Positions 1-11,599 are shown, counted from the first letter of the whole stretch. The stretch is DNA of 59,151 bases, filler included, from Ionaspis alba (GCA_964255285.1; 6 parts of 6 records of this genome joined end to end with filler, not necessarily neighbours in it); one strand, 5' to 3'. The notes: a model not told the origin generated them from the sequence alone. Numbers and translations are program-made.

Positions 1-391
1 CCCCCCCCCCGGGGGGGGCTGGGGGGGGGGGGGGCGCGGGGGGGCGGGGCGGAGGGGACAGGGTCAGCAAGTTAATGCTGCTGTGAATAGCTCGGCTGAT
101 GTGAGAGCTACGGGCGTTAGGTCATCAGCGAAAGCGGATAAGATTCTGGGGCGGTCGTCGAATGAGTATGCGGATGGGAGCTATGATAGTGGGATGTCGA
201 TGAAGACGTTGAGGAGGAAAGAGAGCTTCGATGGGCAGAGTGACGAGGAAGATGATCGGTATGAGAGCAGCAGCGATGAGGTTGGTCATGAGCATGGGGA
301 AGGCTCTTTTGCGAATGCCAATGGGAGGGGAAGACCTCGGATATCGCCGCAGCGGCAAGAGGAAGAAAACGAATGGCGAGAGTGGGAATGA
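1..391 (+). CDS. 3' end of a gene truncated at the scaffold start; Gly-rich then acidic/Ser-rich C-terminus, product unknown
   Basis: Frame is open upstream of the GTG at 83 (GQGQQVNAAVNSS...) into the poly-G/C tract; ends ...EEENEWREWE-TGA at 391. Confidence 0.5.
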   Translation, partial: PPPGGGWGGGGRGGAGRRGQGQQVNAAVNSSADVRATGVRSSAKADKILGRSSNEYADGSYDSGMSMKTLRRKESFDGQSDEEDDRYESSSDEVGHEHGEGSFANANGRGRPRISPQRQEEENEWREWE

Positions 392-1221
392 ATGATCAGC
401 GCAGAGGAACGACATACATATGGATTCTCCGTTGTTCTTATTGGACACGGGGGCTCTGCATACGAACGAAGGCGCCCTTGGAAGGGATGCAGCATTCTAC
501 TGCTCACAGCCGAAGGTTAAGCGGTCAGACGTGTCCTGAACACGAACATTATGAGAGTTGGTCAGGCTTGGTTTACAGCTATCGGCCATGCACTACGAGC
601 GTGCTGAGAAGATCATTCCCAAATCGAGGCGCGACTTCGTCCGGAGAAGAGAGCTGCGGCGTGGAAGAGTGTCTCAGTTTCCTAAGCCCTTCACATGAAG
701 GTGGGATGAAGGCGGCATAAACGGTTCTGGACGTGAACTGAGGAAATGCTGGTTATAGAAGGTAGATACAGAACAGGGGAGTTGGTATATTAAAAGTGAT
801 GAGTGTAGATACTTTTATTACAAGAAGCAGGGCATTCTGATTCCGGATGCCTCAGATTACATCCATATTCCTCACTGTGATGAAAATTTCATAATTTTAC
901 TATTCGCAGAAAAGAAATACCATAGCCATTGCTCTTGTACCCAGATGTCGTGGCTCCAGTCCAATGGAGTTGGGCCAGTAGAATATTAGGCTTGAATTTA
1001 CAAGGGGCATCATGATCTCATAGGCGATGCGAGACTTTATCACAATCCTTAACAAACGAACCATCATACAACTTAAAGAACAATCATCCAGCGTCGTACA
1101 CTTGCCCATTGCCAGACTTTTCAACCTCCACGAGGATGAACACAACCATCCACTAGTCGATACTCTTCTCCACCAGCACAATCTCAATCATCGCCCAACC
1201 CGCCAATCCCTCTCCCCCAAA

Positions 1222-1962
1222 ATGTCCACCGCCCAGCCCTCCTCCACCTCCGCAACCTCCACCGCCTCCGCCCAATCATCCCCGAACCCTCCACCGCTCC
1301 CCACGCCCGACCACACACAATCGCCCGCCAATTACGCTGCCGCGATGCACAACATCTCCCTAACCTTCGTCGTAGCCACACCCATCCTGCTCGTCATCCC
1401 ACCCCGGAAACTCGACCTCTACACCTTCTCTCTTGGCGTCGCGTTCGTCCTTTCCGCAAACCACCTGACAGTCGAGCGGACAGGGAGGAGTTTCTTCGAG
1501 CACCTGGATTGGAAGCGCAGGCGGGAGGAGCGCGCGCGGTTGTCCACGGAGAGGCCGAGGGAGGTGCAGAGCTCGTTTAATAAGGAGAGGGAGATGCGTG
1601 CGGGAGAGGCGGGGAGGAGATTGGGAGCTGATGGCAAGGTGCTGGTGGGGGAATCGGGCATCGTTGCTGCTGCGAGGAATGCGGCCGAGGCGCGGGCGGC
1701 AGAGGGTAGGGAGGCGGAAGAAGAGGATGAAGGGGAGGACGAGGCGAAGGGTGTGAAGGGGATGGCGAGGAAGTTGTGGATGGGTCAGGAGAAGGAGGGG
1801 TGGCAGGCGAGGAGGATGAGGGAGGAGAGGGAGAAGTTGGCGGAGGGGAAGAGTTATTTGGATTTGATCACGGATCAGATTTGGGAGGTTTGGACGCAGG
1901 GTGAGTCGAAGGAAGGGAAGGACGGGGATGATAAGGAGGAGCGGGAAGGGGGAAAAACATAA
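1222..1962 (+). CDS. Conserved fungal hypothetical membrane protein (two hydrophobic segments, acidic/basic C-terminus)
   Basis: Intronless ORF, likely start MSTAQPSS at 1222. Motifs IPPRKLDLYTFSL and LWMGQEKEGWQARR...DQIWEVW resemble a conserved Pezizomycotina family (recalled, not searched). Confidence 0.7.
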   Translation: MSTAQPSSTSATSTASAQSSPNPPPLPTPDHTQSPANYAAAMHNISLTFVVATPILLVIPPRKLDLYTFSLGVAFVLSANHLTVERTGRSFFEHLDWKRRREERARLSTERPREVQSSFNKEREMRAGEAGRRLGADGKVLVGESGIVAAARNAAEARAAEGREAEEEDEGEDEAKGVKGMARKLWMGQEKEGWQARRMREEREKLAEGKSYLDLITDQIWEVWTQGESKEGKDGDDKEEREGGKT

Positions 1963-2207
1963 AGGGGTTGGAGTAGGTGTGCTTTGGCAGTGGCGGATTC
2001 GAAGGGAGTGAGTTGTGTTGGGTGTGGGGTATGCATTCGGACTTGGGTTTGGTTTGTTTGAGGGAAGTATTTCTTCGCCTTGTTTTATCCCTGTCTATAT
2101 CACGTCAAGCTGCAAGCAGTGGATGCTGGAGCTCAGAAAACAGTTTGCATATCTCCTAGTCTATGATAATGCACTTTGGTACTACGTTCCATTTCCTTTG
2201 AGGCTAG

Positions 2208-4226
2208 TCAGACNNNNNNNNNNNNNNNNNNNNNNNNNNNNNNNNNNNNNNNNNNNNNNNNNNNNNNNNNNNNNNNNNNNNNNNNNNNNNNNNNNNNNNN
2301 NNNNNNNNNNNNNACCGTACCATCCGAGTGCTGTCCAGTGACCTCGACATACTTCCCTGACACCAAAGACACGAGCTTAGGATATTGGCTCGACTCCTTG
2401 ACCTTGCAGCGAACAGTCGTCGACTCCATATGCTGCATCAGCGCAGTCGGCGACTTGAAGGTGCGAAGACAATCGGGACAAGTGTGATCGACACCCGTGT
2501 GAGCTGACGATCTGAGGTGAGCCTCGAAGCGCTGGCGATTCGGGAAGATCTTTCTGTTCGAAGTGAGCACGTCGTGGACTCGAGAGAGATAGAGTGAAGC
2601 TTACCCGCAATTAGCGTGTGGACAGACATAGTTGCCCAGCACGTTTCTGAAGGCGTCTGGGTCGAATTTGTACGAGTCGGGGTCGATTGCTTCCACAGAT
2701 GCTCCGCCTGGGAGAGCCAACCTTGAGACTGTGTCTGAGCCGCCTATCACCAGCTCTGCGATTTGATCTTCCGTGAATCTCTGTTTCTGGTTCGTAGAGC
2801 CTTCTGCATCCCCAGCAGCACGAGAACGGTTTGCTGATGTGGCGTTTGGGAATAGCATCGATGCTGCCGATGCTGCCGATGCTGACCACGCTCCGATGCC
2901 TTCTCGTTGACTGGCACCGGTGGATACTGCACCAGGTGTCTGATTTGTCTGATCTCCACTGTGTGCTGGCGTCTTCTGAGTGTTAGGAAGGGCAGGGTAA
3001 ACATTATCCAATGTCCTTCCAACATTTTCGGGAACGAGAACTTCTTGATTGAGAGCTACACCGCCAGGCGAGCCCCCAATATCTGGTTCACCAAGGTCAA
3101 GGATTGACTCATCTTCTTCTGGCACAGCGAGTGCCGACATGTGCGCGACAACCAGCGCTTGCATAGCGCGAGATCTCTGGAATTGATCCTTCGTGATCTT
3201 CGAGCACAGATTTTGCTCAATGTGATTGACCAAACCACCTGCACGGATGAACACCTCGGTGCAACCTGGGCATGGGATCTTCTGCTCCATGGCATGAAAG
3301 CGCTTGACGTGACCGTCGCGGCCACCACTGCTACGGAAGTCCTCACTGCAGATGTGGCAGGTGATGTGCTTGGGACTCAAGATCTTGTGGTCGAGGAGGT
3401 CTTGAAAGTCGTCGCAGTCGAGGTCGCAGATGCGGCAGTAGTCGTGGTTCTCTAGCTTATGACGCTGCAGGACTTTAAGCTTGTCGAACCCAGCAAGGCA
3501 GTTCTCGTAGCTACATGGGAATTGCTTGCGGAACTTTGCCGCCGGCTCCGTTTTCTTCGTCCATTCTGCTGCGTCGCCTGTTCGGACGACTGGTTGGGCT
3601 GGCGCTGGATTGCTGCCTGGTTTCTTTTCGGTGGCCTGTTTTGGCGGCGCTGCGATTCTGGCAAGAGTCGGAGCTGAAGGCTGAGCTTGAATTGGAGCTG
3701 GTGCTTGCTTCTTCTTGGGTTCTTCCACCGAAGTGTCGGAGTCTTCCGATGAGCCCCAGAGAGAGCTTGCGGGAACCTTGACGACTTTGCGTTGATGGCT
3801 TTGCTCAGTACGAGCTGTCTGATGGGCCTGAGAACGAGGAGGTGGTTGACCTAGTAGTCTTGTACCGCCCTTCAGTGCTCCCAGAGCCATACCGTCGAAC
3901 CGAGAGTGAAGATCCCCCTGCGTGATCGCAACCCCGCCGTCGTGAATTGTACTTTCCGAAACCTGAGAGAGAGCTGCAGATTGCGTTGAAGGACGTCTCA
4001 AGTGATTTGGAATAGTTTGTTTCTCCAAAGTACGGGATGTCTTCACAGACTCCTGGCTTGGAGGCGAGCTCTGGTTTTCCATGACCTTTGAGAGCGAAGA
4101 CTGATCCTGAGTTTGAACTGTGGCTCGAGCTTCATTCGAATGGAGACCTCGAAGGTGAGGTGGCAGCTGGTTGTCCGATAGACCCCGCAAGTGAGGTGGG
4201 ATATTAGCGGATGACGTCTGCGACAT
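2208..4226 (-). CDS. Multi-C2H2 zinc-finger protein
   Basis: Exon 4226-2605, GTAAGC...CAG intron 2604-2554, exon from 2553 into the N gap. Fingers include CSYENC..H..H, CRIC..H..H, CHIC..H..H, CPGC..H, CPHANC..H..H and CPDC..H. The 3' end is uncertain because of the gap. Confidence 0.85.
2214..2313. other. Intra-scaffold assembly gap (100 N)
   Basis: 100 consecutive N. Confidence 0.99.
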
Positions 4227-5005
4227 AATCGCCCTTTCTAAAAGGCTATTCTAGACTGGGATGTTCCTTTTGAACAACTACCTTAAGAAGCTCGGTGGTG
4301 TGAGGAAGGAGTGATGGAGAGGTTGACAAGCAGCAGAGAGTTCTGGAGACGGAGAGGCTTACAAATAGAGTTTCGCTTGTCGATGGAAAGCCCTAGCACG
4401 TGAGTCTTGGCACACTTATTGCTGAGTGAACGATCGTAGAGTTGCATGGACGCAGACGATTCTGAAGAAGTATGTGAGATAACGTTGTCAGTGCTACGCC
4501 TAGCCAATCATATACTGCAAAGATTTCAATTGACTAAGCCTTCTAGACTACATAGCATCAGAGAATGAGTCGTTGACCGGCGAAGAAACAAGGCCATCGA
4601 CAAATTACTGTAGTAATCTGTACCGATCTACCAGGGATACAAGGTTGAGGTCGTCTAGATTTACATTCACGAACTGGATTCATTTGCGCGATAATTGTCT
4701 GAGGGACATATCATGCTTGACGTATTGTAGTTCGGAGACCTTGGATCCTTTCTGATATGTACAGCGTATCGTGGTCCATATGATGGATCTGGCCCAAGTA
4801 GGCCCAATGGACTTGAAATATTGTACATAAGAAATTCGACTGGACTAGAACACTGCCCTTGCTGGACGCGGCAATCGTAGAACTCATCTCCAGCAACGCC
4901 CATCTCCCGGTCCGTCAATACGACAAATAATCAATTCTTAAGATCTCGGGAATGCTTCAGAATAGGTACCAGAGAAGGCGTCTTCTATCCCATCGTTCTT
5001 TGCTT

Positions 5006-5686
5006 CTACTCATCATCGCGGCTGCCGAAGCATCCACAGAGAAGGTGACTCTTGACTCCTTTCCCGCCTTTGGCTTTTTTCATTTTCATTTTCTCCTCAT
5101 ATGCGCGTCTCCCTTCCTCGACCTTTGACCTTTCGAAAGCTCCAAGACTGCCGATGGACACATTGCTCACGTTTCCCAACTTCCCAACCTCGTTTCCTAG
5201 GCTTCCGTTCTTTTCCGCTCTTCGAATGGCACTCCTGATTCCCTCCTGCCTCTCACGGATAGCAAGTGGGCGATCCTTTCGCGCCAAGAACTCTTGTGGT
5301 GCAAGGGTACCTCCGGAAGGTGATTGAATGAGCGGCGGAAGGCGTTTATTGTAATTAATGTGAGGGCGGTTGGATTGCTTGACTCGAGAGCTGTAAGACT
5401 GACTGTAAATGGAAGAGACTGAGACGATGGAGGCGTCTTCAGGAATGAGACCGAGAAGGTCAGCGGGATCAATGAGCTCGGAGTAGCGATGTAGGCGGGG
5501 CGGGGGAGCTGGTTGAGTGATTGATTGTGCGAGGTTAGGGTTTGAGGAGGCATTTTCGGCGAAGAAGGAGTTGCCAGTGCCGTAAAAAGCTTCATAGGTC
5601 TTTTCGAGCGTACTGTCATGCGTCGCAGTGCGGTTGAGCGGTGTGTCTGATGCCGTAGAAGAGCGACGTGAGTGAGACTGGCCCAT
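5006..5686 (-). CDS. Hypothetical protein with predicted N-myristoylation site and C-terminal polybasic/Cys motif
   Basis: 226-aa ATG ORF; N-terminus MGQSHS fits MGxxxS; C-terminus KMKMKKAKGGKGVKSHLLCGCFG. Confidence 0.7.
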   Translation of the reverse strand: MGQSHSRRSSTASDTPLNRTATHDSTLEKTYEAFYGTGNSFFAENASSNPNLAQSITQPAPPPRLHRYSELIDPADLLGLIPEDASIVSVSSIYSQSYSSRVKQSNRPHINYNKRLPPLIQSPSGGTLAPQEFLARKDRPLAIRERQEGIRSAIRRAEKNGSLGNEVGKLGNVSNVSIGSLGAFERSKVEEGRRAYEEKMKMKKAKGGKGVKSHLLCGCFGSRDDE

Positions 5687-6174
5687 GCTAAATGACTAAT
5701 GCTTGAGGACCGAAGACTGAGAGACTGTTGGTGTCTGTGGGTTGTCACTTAGCTATGCCCGAGTGCTAATTGATATGCAAGTATTGTAGCCTTGCCTTGA
5801 ATTTGTGATCAATGATTATTTAGCGATTTCTTGGTGTCGTTGTCAGTGCCAATTGAATTTGTGGATGTTGAGTTGAGGCTTAGTGAGAGAAGAAAAGCAC
5901 ACTCACAGCGCGTCCTGGAGTATCTTTCGCGGTGGGTGTATTAGCATTAAACTAGACCAGCTAGCGAGTTAGGGCAAATATTGCGACGCAAAGAAATTCG
6001 TTAATCGTGCTCGCGTGTTAGTATTAGGGTAGTGCTAAGCTCAAATCATCAAAGATTGGCCACGCGGCCGGTCATGGCCACATCTCAAGTGAATGTACAT
6101 TCAATTTCTAATCAACAAAGGCCACAGTGGGCATAACGTTTATCTTCTGCAAAATCCGGGGTGTGAACTATATA

Positions 6175-6771
6175 TCAGAAGCGGGAATACGGCAACCTGA
6201 CTGTTGTAAGCGTTGGGTCCAACACCCGAATCGAAACAACGGAACAACAAGAATGACATACCACTTCCCTCTCAGCGTGATGACTGCCCAGTTATTTCCA
6301 TCCTTGTCTGTTTCCTTCTCTACCTTAGTCGAAAAAGCTATCGCCGACATGATACCGTCACCAAACTTCTCGTTGAGCACTGCTTTATACGCATATCCAT
6401 AATTCTGGACGATTTCGAAAAGGCGGTAGATCAATGGCTCTTTAGGTGGCATGTCGATGGTCCGGCCTCGGTCGGGAAAGCCAGCAAGCTGTTGCTCAAG
6501 AGTCTTCTGCTCGACACCGAGAAGCTTGGAGAGTTTCGAGATATCATCCTCGGATGCGCGAGCTTGGCCATAAAACAGGGCCGCGACAGCGACCTCTGAA
6601 CGTCCTAGCTCTTTCGCAATGGCCTCGAAGGAAAGCTGCTTCGCTGCCTTCGCTTCGAACATGGTCATCGCAGATGCCGGCAAGCGGCTGTGGAGGGAAG
6701 TCTACGGATAATCAGTCGATTGTCTCGTTGGGTTGGAGATCACATACGTCTAGAGTTGCGAGGTGCGACAT
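6175..6771 (-). CDS. CYN1: Cyanate hydratase (cyanase)
   Basis: Exons 6771-6748, 6701-6262, 6196-6175 with GT-AG introns. Cyanase motifs [24 protein letters not shown] and LRGKWLPYSRF. An in-frame upstream ATG lies at 6873. Confidence 0.95.
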
Positions 6772-7936
6772 CTTGGACGAAGAACTGGTGAAGCGATGCT
6801 GTGGTCTAAGGAGTATTTGTGAAGAAGGACGAAGATGGCGAATAATGGCTCTGCAAGTGAATGGAACCGCCATCTTATAAAGGACTTTTTGGTACGTAAC
6901 TGGACGAGGGGTCTTATAACTGCCGATGTCGCGGACGAGTGGGGGGGAATACCGTGGAAGGACGTCATGGCTTGATTCTCGTTCGGCATTGTTCACATTA
7001 GAAGATCTCATTCAATATTTCCTTTCCTCCTTCATTCACTTTACCGTGGTAGTCATATGGGATACTTCACGACCATTTGTCATAGGATCAGCCAGTCGAT
7101 CCGCAATGAGCCGTTGAATGCGATGCGACAACAAGTTGTGCCCGAGGCTTCCATATTTGCGACCAGTTTGTTGGCATCCAACATTCCACTTCCTGATAAT
7201 ACCTATTCCCTTGGCCCGTAGCAGGATTTTGTTTTCCCTTTTGCGAGAACATCACCTTAAAAGAAAGATGGTGATGCTCAATGCTTACCGCTCACTATTC
7301 TTCGTTCAATAGTCAAACTTGGGGCAGCTGCACTTCCGCTTGCAAGAAGCACGATGCTAGACAAAGCATAGCAGCCGCAACCACCTATGCTGAACATGTT
7401 TCGCGGGCAGGCAAGACCCATTACTCTCTTTTGGTGCTTTCAAGGTTCCTTATAAGTTTGACGGAGCAGAGCGCGAGCTTTTTGGTATCGTGCCAGCTCA
7501 ATATCAATGGCATGTGATTCGTTTTGAGGATGCCACAATGCGGAAGTTTGCAGTGACTCGCTCTATTTGTTGCGTATGACTTAGCTGGGAAGGAACAGTG
7601 CCTCGATTCTGTGGCATTGCTTACTTTCGTGCCTCGAATATTGCACCTTGAAAAAACATGACTTTGTTATGATTCCAGCATGAGATGAAACAACGTTACC
7701 ATCTGTCCATCTCAGTAACACATCGTGATTTTGCTGAGGTCAAGCCTGTTAGCATATCGAGGAGAAATACAATCAATCAAGCGCTGAACTTTCTTAGATG
7801 GTTGTATCACTATGTGTCTTCCGAACTACTTGCTCATTGTTCACGGAACGTCTTGGTCTTACACTTTCCATAATATCAGAGCAATCCTCCAACCTCACTC
7901 CAGCTTGATCGTGACAATCTAACTGAGACCCCAGAA

Positions 7937-8892
7937 ATGACTTCCTCGCATCACCCTGAAGGGTTAGGCGACGAGGGATTAGGTCTGATCCCCACGGGAC
8001 CACGCCCAAGGAGACCACGGACTGTCTCACCAGAGGAATCATGGGATCCAAGGTCATATAAAGCTGACCTTCAAGGGTACAAAGAGTGGCTACAACGAAA
8101 CAACCAAGCTCTCCGTCGCCGCCGAAGTGAATTCAATGGCACAGCAAAGCAGCCAATCCTGCACCATAGCCAGCATCATCGTAAGATCCCTTGCCTGGAC
8201 AGGAGATTGTGCTGACCAGGAAGATCGCTCGACCCAGAGACATGCTCCCGAGCAAGATGTGCCTGTACGACAAAGGATTGTTCATCACAGTGTCCCTCAC
8301 CGGCCCATTCCTCTACCAACGCCTCAGCCAGTGATCTCGGTCTCTTCTGCATCTCAGCGCGATTCTCGCAAGTACCCAAATTGTGACAAGCCCTCGAATC
8401 CTATCAGAGGCCTTCAACATCTTTCATCATACCCGCAGGGGAAGCCACTGCGCATTCCAGAGGTCAAGCTCAATGCACTTCCCTCCCAGAAAGCGCTTTC
8501 TGGTCTCTCAAAGTATGTACCTGCACTACTCCAACCATTTCCCCATCAAAATGACTAGACTGACCTCGTTGCTAAGAACAGCATACTGCGGAATGAACAG
8601 AAACATCCATCGACACGTGAGGAGACAGATGAAAAGGAACCGAGTACGGCGCTCAAGAGAACATGACGCAGCTATGGAGTCTAAGTGTGAGGCTATGAAG
8701 GTTGATATCGTGAAAGTTGAGGGAGCTTCTGGCCACTCGATTTACCTTCCTTGGGACATGGATTTATGTGAAATCGCAGGACAGGAGAGGATCGAGGAGC
8801 TAGCAGCAATGGACATCGACTTCTGGGAGGCGCCAGGACCTGTAATAGAACTGCTCGAGGGAGATGGTGCAGAGAGCATGGACACTTCGTAA
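7937..8892 (+). CDS. Possible spliced hypothetical gene; model unresolved
   Basis: Overlapping ORFs 7937-8215 and 8383-8892 with splice-like signals (GTAAGA at 8181, GCTGAC-CAG ending 8219, GTATGT at 8513...AACAG at 8581). I could not join them into one clean frame. Confidence 0.35.
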
Positions 8893-9451
8893 CATCGACG
8901 GAACACTGGCCGATCCGACTTGCAATCGGCGTTGCCAATTGCTCTGAGCCGATCATCGGCAAGTCCCCATCGAGATCAACAAGCAGTTCTCTTTACTCCA
9001 TTTATGATCCGGAGAGAGAGATATTAGCCATCAATTAGCTGGACCAATAATACATAAGCGTGCCGTTTGGCGTATTTCGGATGACCGCTGATGTGACAAA
9101 CTGATGTACGATGATGTCAATAGGTAATCGGAGAACACGGTACAATGACACAGCTAGAGCTGTGATAGATTGCTGGGCTTCAATGTGAATAATATTGGTC
9201 ATAGTGTTGTGGCAGCAGCATATCTTGTCCACACCCGCCTCCCTAGATCCTCGTAAACAACGACAAACATACGCACAGCCCTGTGAGGCAACAGCCGCAA
9301 CAACACCAAGAATGATACCTGTCCCCCCAGATAACTCCTTCGCCTATCACGCTATCTGTACTTCAAGACCCTATATCCGCCTACTTTGATACACACTTTT
9401 GATGATCCGATACACCCATCACATTCGTTCAGAGAGCCAAATTACCTTCTC

Positions 9452-9811
9452 ATGTCGACAGCGAGCAGCACAATGATCGCCCAACCCCAAACCGCCCCCA
9501 TAAATAACATGCTCCTATCCACATGTCAGAAATGCGGCGCTGACATACCCCATCCTCACCTTGACAGTGCAAAAGATGCGCAACAAAGGATTGAAGAGCT
9601 AGAAGCTCAAGTCAGGATCCTAACCCTACGAGCGACAGAAGCCGGTAAACTTCCCACCTAACAAACCCTGCCTTCACTTCTGCAGCAACGACTAACGTCC
9701 CCCCCTTCCAGTCGAGCGCGCAACGGACTACGAAGACGCTCTCCGACAGTTCACTTCCGCAACACCTTCCCCCCTCCCTCCATTCTTGAATCCCAACGGC
9801 GCCGCACCACC
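9452..9811 (+). CDS. 5' part of a Sec2p-like coiled-coil (Rab GEF-domain family) protein, truncated at scaffold end
   Basis: CQKCG followed by AQQRIEELEAQVRILTLRATEA|VERATDYEDALRQ across intron 9645-9711 (GTAAAC...ACTAAC...CAG). Family assignment is from recall. Confidence 0.6.
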
Positions 9812-9911
9812 NNNNNNNNNNNNNNNNNNNNNNNNNNNNNNNNNNNNNNNNNNNNTTAATTAATTAANNNNNNNNNNNNNNNNNNNNNNNNNNNNNNNNN
9901 NNNNNNNNNNN
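9812..9911. other. Artificial scaffold linker N44-TTAATTAATTAA-N44
   Basis: Exactly 100 nt; the 12-mer has stop codons in all six frames; five identical copies in the window. Confidence 0.98.
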
Positions 9912-10646
9912 GGAAAGGGGTGGGTCTGTCGGGTCTGGAGGTGGGGGACAGGGTGGGCAGATAGGTCAAGGAGGACAGATGAATCAGGCGGTGGGTGCAC
10001 AGGGTGGAATGGGGACGGTGGCAGCGGGGATGTAAGGCCAGGACTTGGAAATCGGTTTGTCGCGGTATGTGTTGATGTTTGTATATGTGAGTCGTTATCT
10101 GCTGAAAGTCTTGGCATTGCTCGGCGTGGTCGCTTCGTTCCTATATCCGATGAAAATCGTTATTGTACGCTGATGTGTTGAGCTGTGGCTTTTTTCCAAA
10201 TCATTGTGAAGCGTGATTGGCGCCTATTGTTGTTGATGAGAATTGGTGCTATTGGCTCTTCGAAGCGTTTGAAATTCGTTAGCATGGAGAGATTTCTTAT
10301 TGTCCACGCATATCGCTATTGCCGATTGAGTTTGAAATGCCACTCTCCAATTTCGATGATTGATGTTATTGTCCAAATGGTGTGAATATATGACTTTGAA
10401 TAAGCTTGATGTCCCCACCACTATATATGACAATAGGCAAAATGTAAATTGCCTAAACCATTGACGGTATTCCTATTCAATATCTCCTATTGACAGCTTC
10501 GCTATTGTATCCCGTAGCCTACTCAACGAGCTAAGCACTATATAATCTCGCAACACTTCTCTCTTCTTCCTCTTTTCCTTTCTACAAGTTCTCCCAGCAT
10601 CAGTCTCTTCTTTCTCTTCATCAACACCAAGTACTTCCCCCCCTTC

Positions 10647-10831
10647 GGTCCTGGTGACCTCGTCGTCTCTCCTTCCTGCTTCTCTTTCGTGCCTTTTACA
10701 CCATCTTTCAGGTCCTGGTGACCTATTGCTCCCCCTTTACCCCATCACACAGGTCCTGGTGACCTCGTCCTCGCCCTTTCCCCCCTCACATCCACCACCT
10801 CATCCCTCTCCTCACTCGGTCCTGGCGACCT
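10647..10831 (+). repeat. Four dispersed copies of GGTCCTGGYGACCT (GGTC/GACC inverted arms) in a pyrimidine-rich leader
   Basis: Copies start at 10647, 10711, 10752 and 10818 (last has one T>C change). Confidence 0.85.
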
Positions 10832-10856
10832 CCACCTCCCACCACCCACCACCACA

Positions 10857-11539
10857 ATGTCGACTCCCAACTCTCCTCCCGCCATCGACATCGTCCTCGA
10901 CAGCCGTCCCCCAACCCCCACCGCCGCCAGCCCCAGCGAGGACCTCGCCACCACCAACACGCGCCTCAGAGCGCAAAATACCGCCCTGGTGGCGGAAAGC
11001 GCCACACTGAAAGCGCAAATCGCAGAGTTGAAAGAGCGGCTCAAAGACGAGCGCGAGGCACGCGGGCGTGCCGGAATGATGCTGGCGGCCGCCGAGATGG
11101 CACAAGAGGATGCCGAGGTGGCACAAGAGGAGGCCGAGACAGCACGAGAGGAGGCCGAGACGGCAAGAGATGAGGCGATGAGGGCACGGGACGAGGTGGT
11201 GCGAATGCACAAGGCGGCGGCCGACATGCTGTGCATCGTCCAATGGCAGCATGATATTGTCGGGCAGGAGTTGAACGAGGCAGGACGCGATCTGTTGCGC
11301 GAGCAGGCAAAGGCCGCCCAACGTAAGTTTTTCTGTTGATTGCGAATCTCGACTGGTAATTTACTGACGTGCTGGTAGACGCTGAGGATTATATTTGTCG
11401 AAGGAGACCAGGCAGAGCGCTGCGGGCTCCGGCTGCGGGACAGCCGAGGAGAAGAGTCGTGGGCGCTAGAGTCCAGAGGACGGCGGCGAGTGGGAGGACC
11501 AGGAGGGGGGATCCTAATGCGGTTTTGACGGCGTTGTAG
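10857..11539 (+). CDS. Orphan-like coiled-coil protein with heptad repeats
   Basis: TATA-like CTATATAA at about 10538; ATG 10857; intron 11323-11378 (GTAAGT...ACTGAC...TAG) gives an open Arg-rich exon 2 ending TAG 11539. Confidence 0.65.
11091..11195 (+). repeat. 21-bp coding tandem repeat x5 (AEMAQED/AEVAQEE/AETAREE/AETARDE/AMRARDE)
   Basis: Visible GCCGAG..GCAC.AGAGGA. units within the CDS. Confidence 0.85.
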
Positions 11540-11599
11540 TGGTGGAGCTGGGAGGAGGAGTTGTTTTCGTTTTCGGCTGTCTTTTTCTTTTTCTTTGAC

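Noticed and set aside
1..60. G-quadruplex / poly-G regulatory element
   Set aside because: It sits at a scaffold edge where homopolymer sequence is unreliable, and it is also explainable as Gly codons.
1027..1221. N-terminal extension of the 1222-1962 gene, and a 'rhomboid' label recalled for this family
   Set aside because: The extension looks like CA-rich 5' UTR; there is no GxSG/His rhomboid catalytic motif and too few TM helices.
5006..9811. Cyanase-carbonic anhydrase detoxification cluster
   Set aside because: No carbonic anhydrase is recognisable on this scaffold; the cyanase looks like the stand-alone copy.
9856..9867. TTAATTAATTAA recurring about every 9.9 kb as a periodic genomic element
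   Set aside because: Always centred in 44+44 N; it is a six-frame-stop assembly linker, not biology.
10647..10831. CRISPR array
   Set aside because: Repeats are only 14 bp, spacers are uneven and low-complexity, the context is eukaryotic and there are no cas genes. Kept only as a motif finding.
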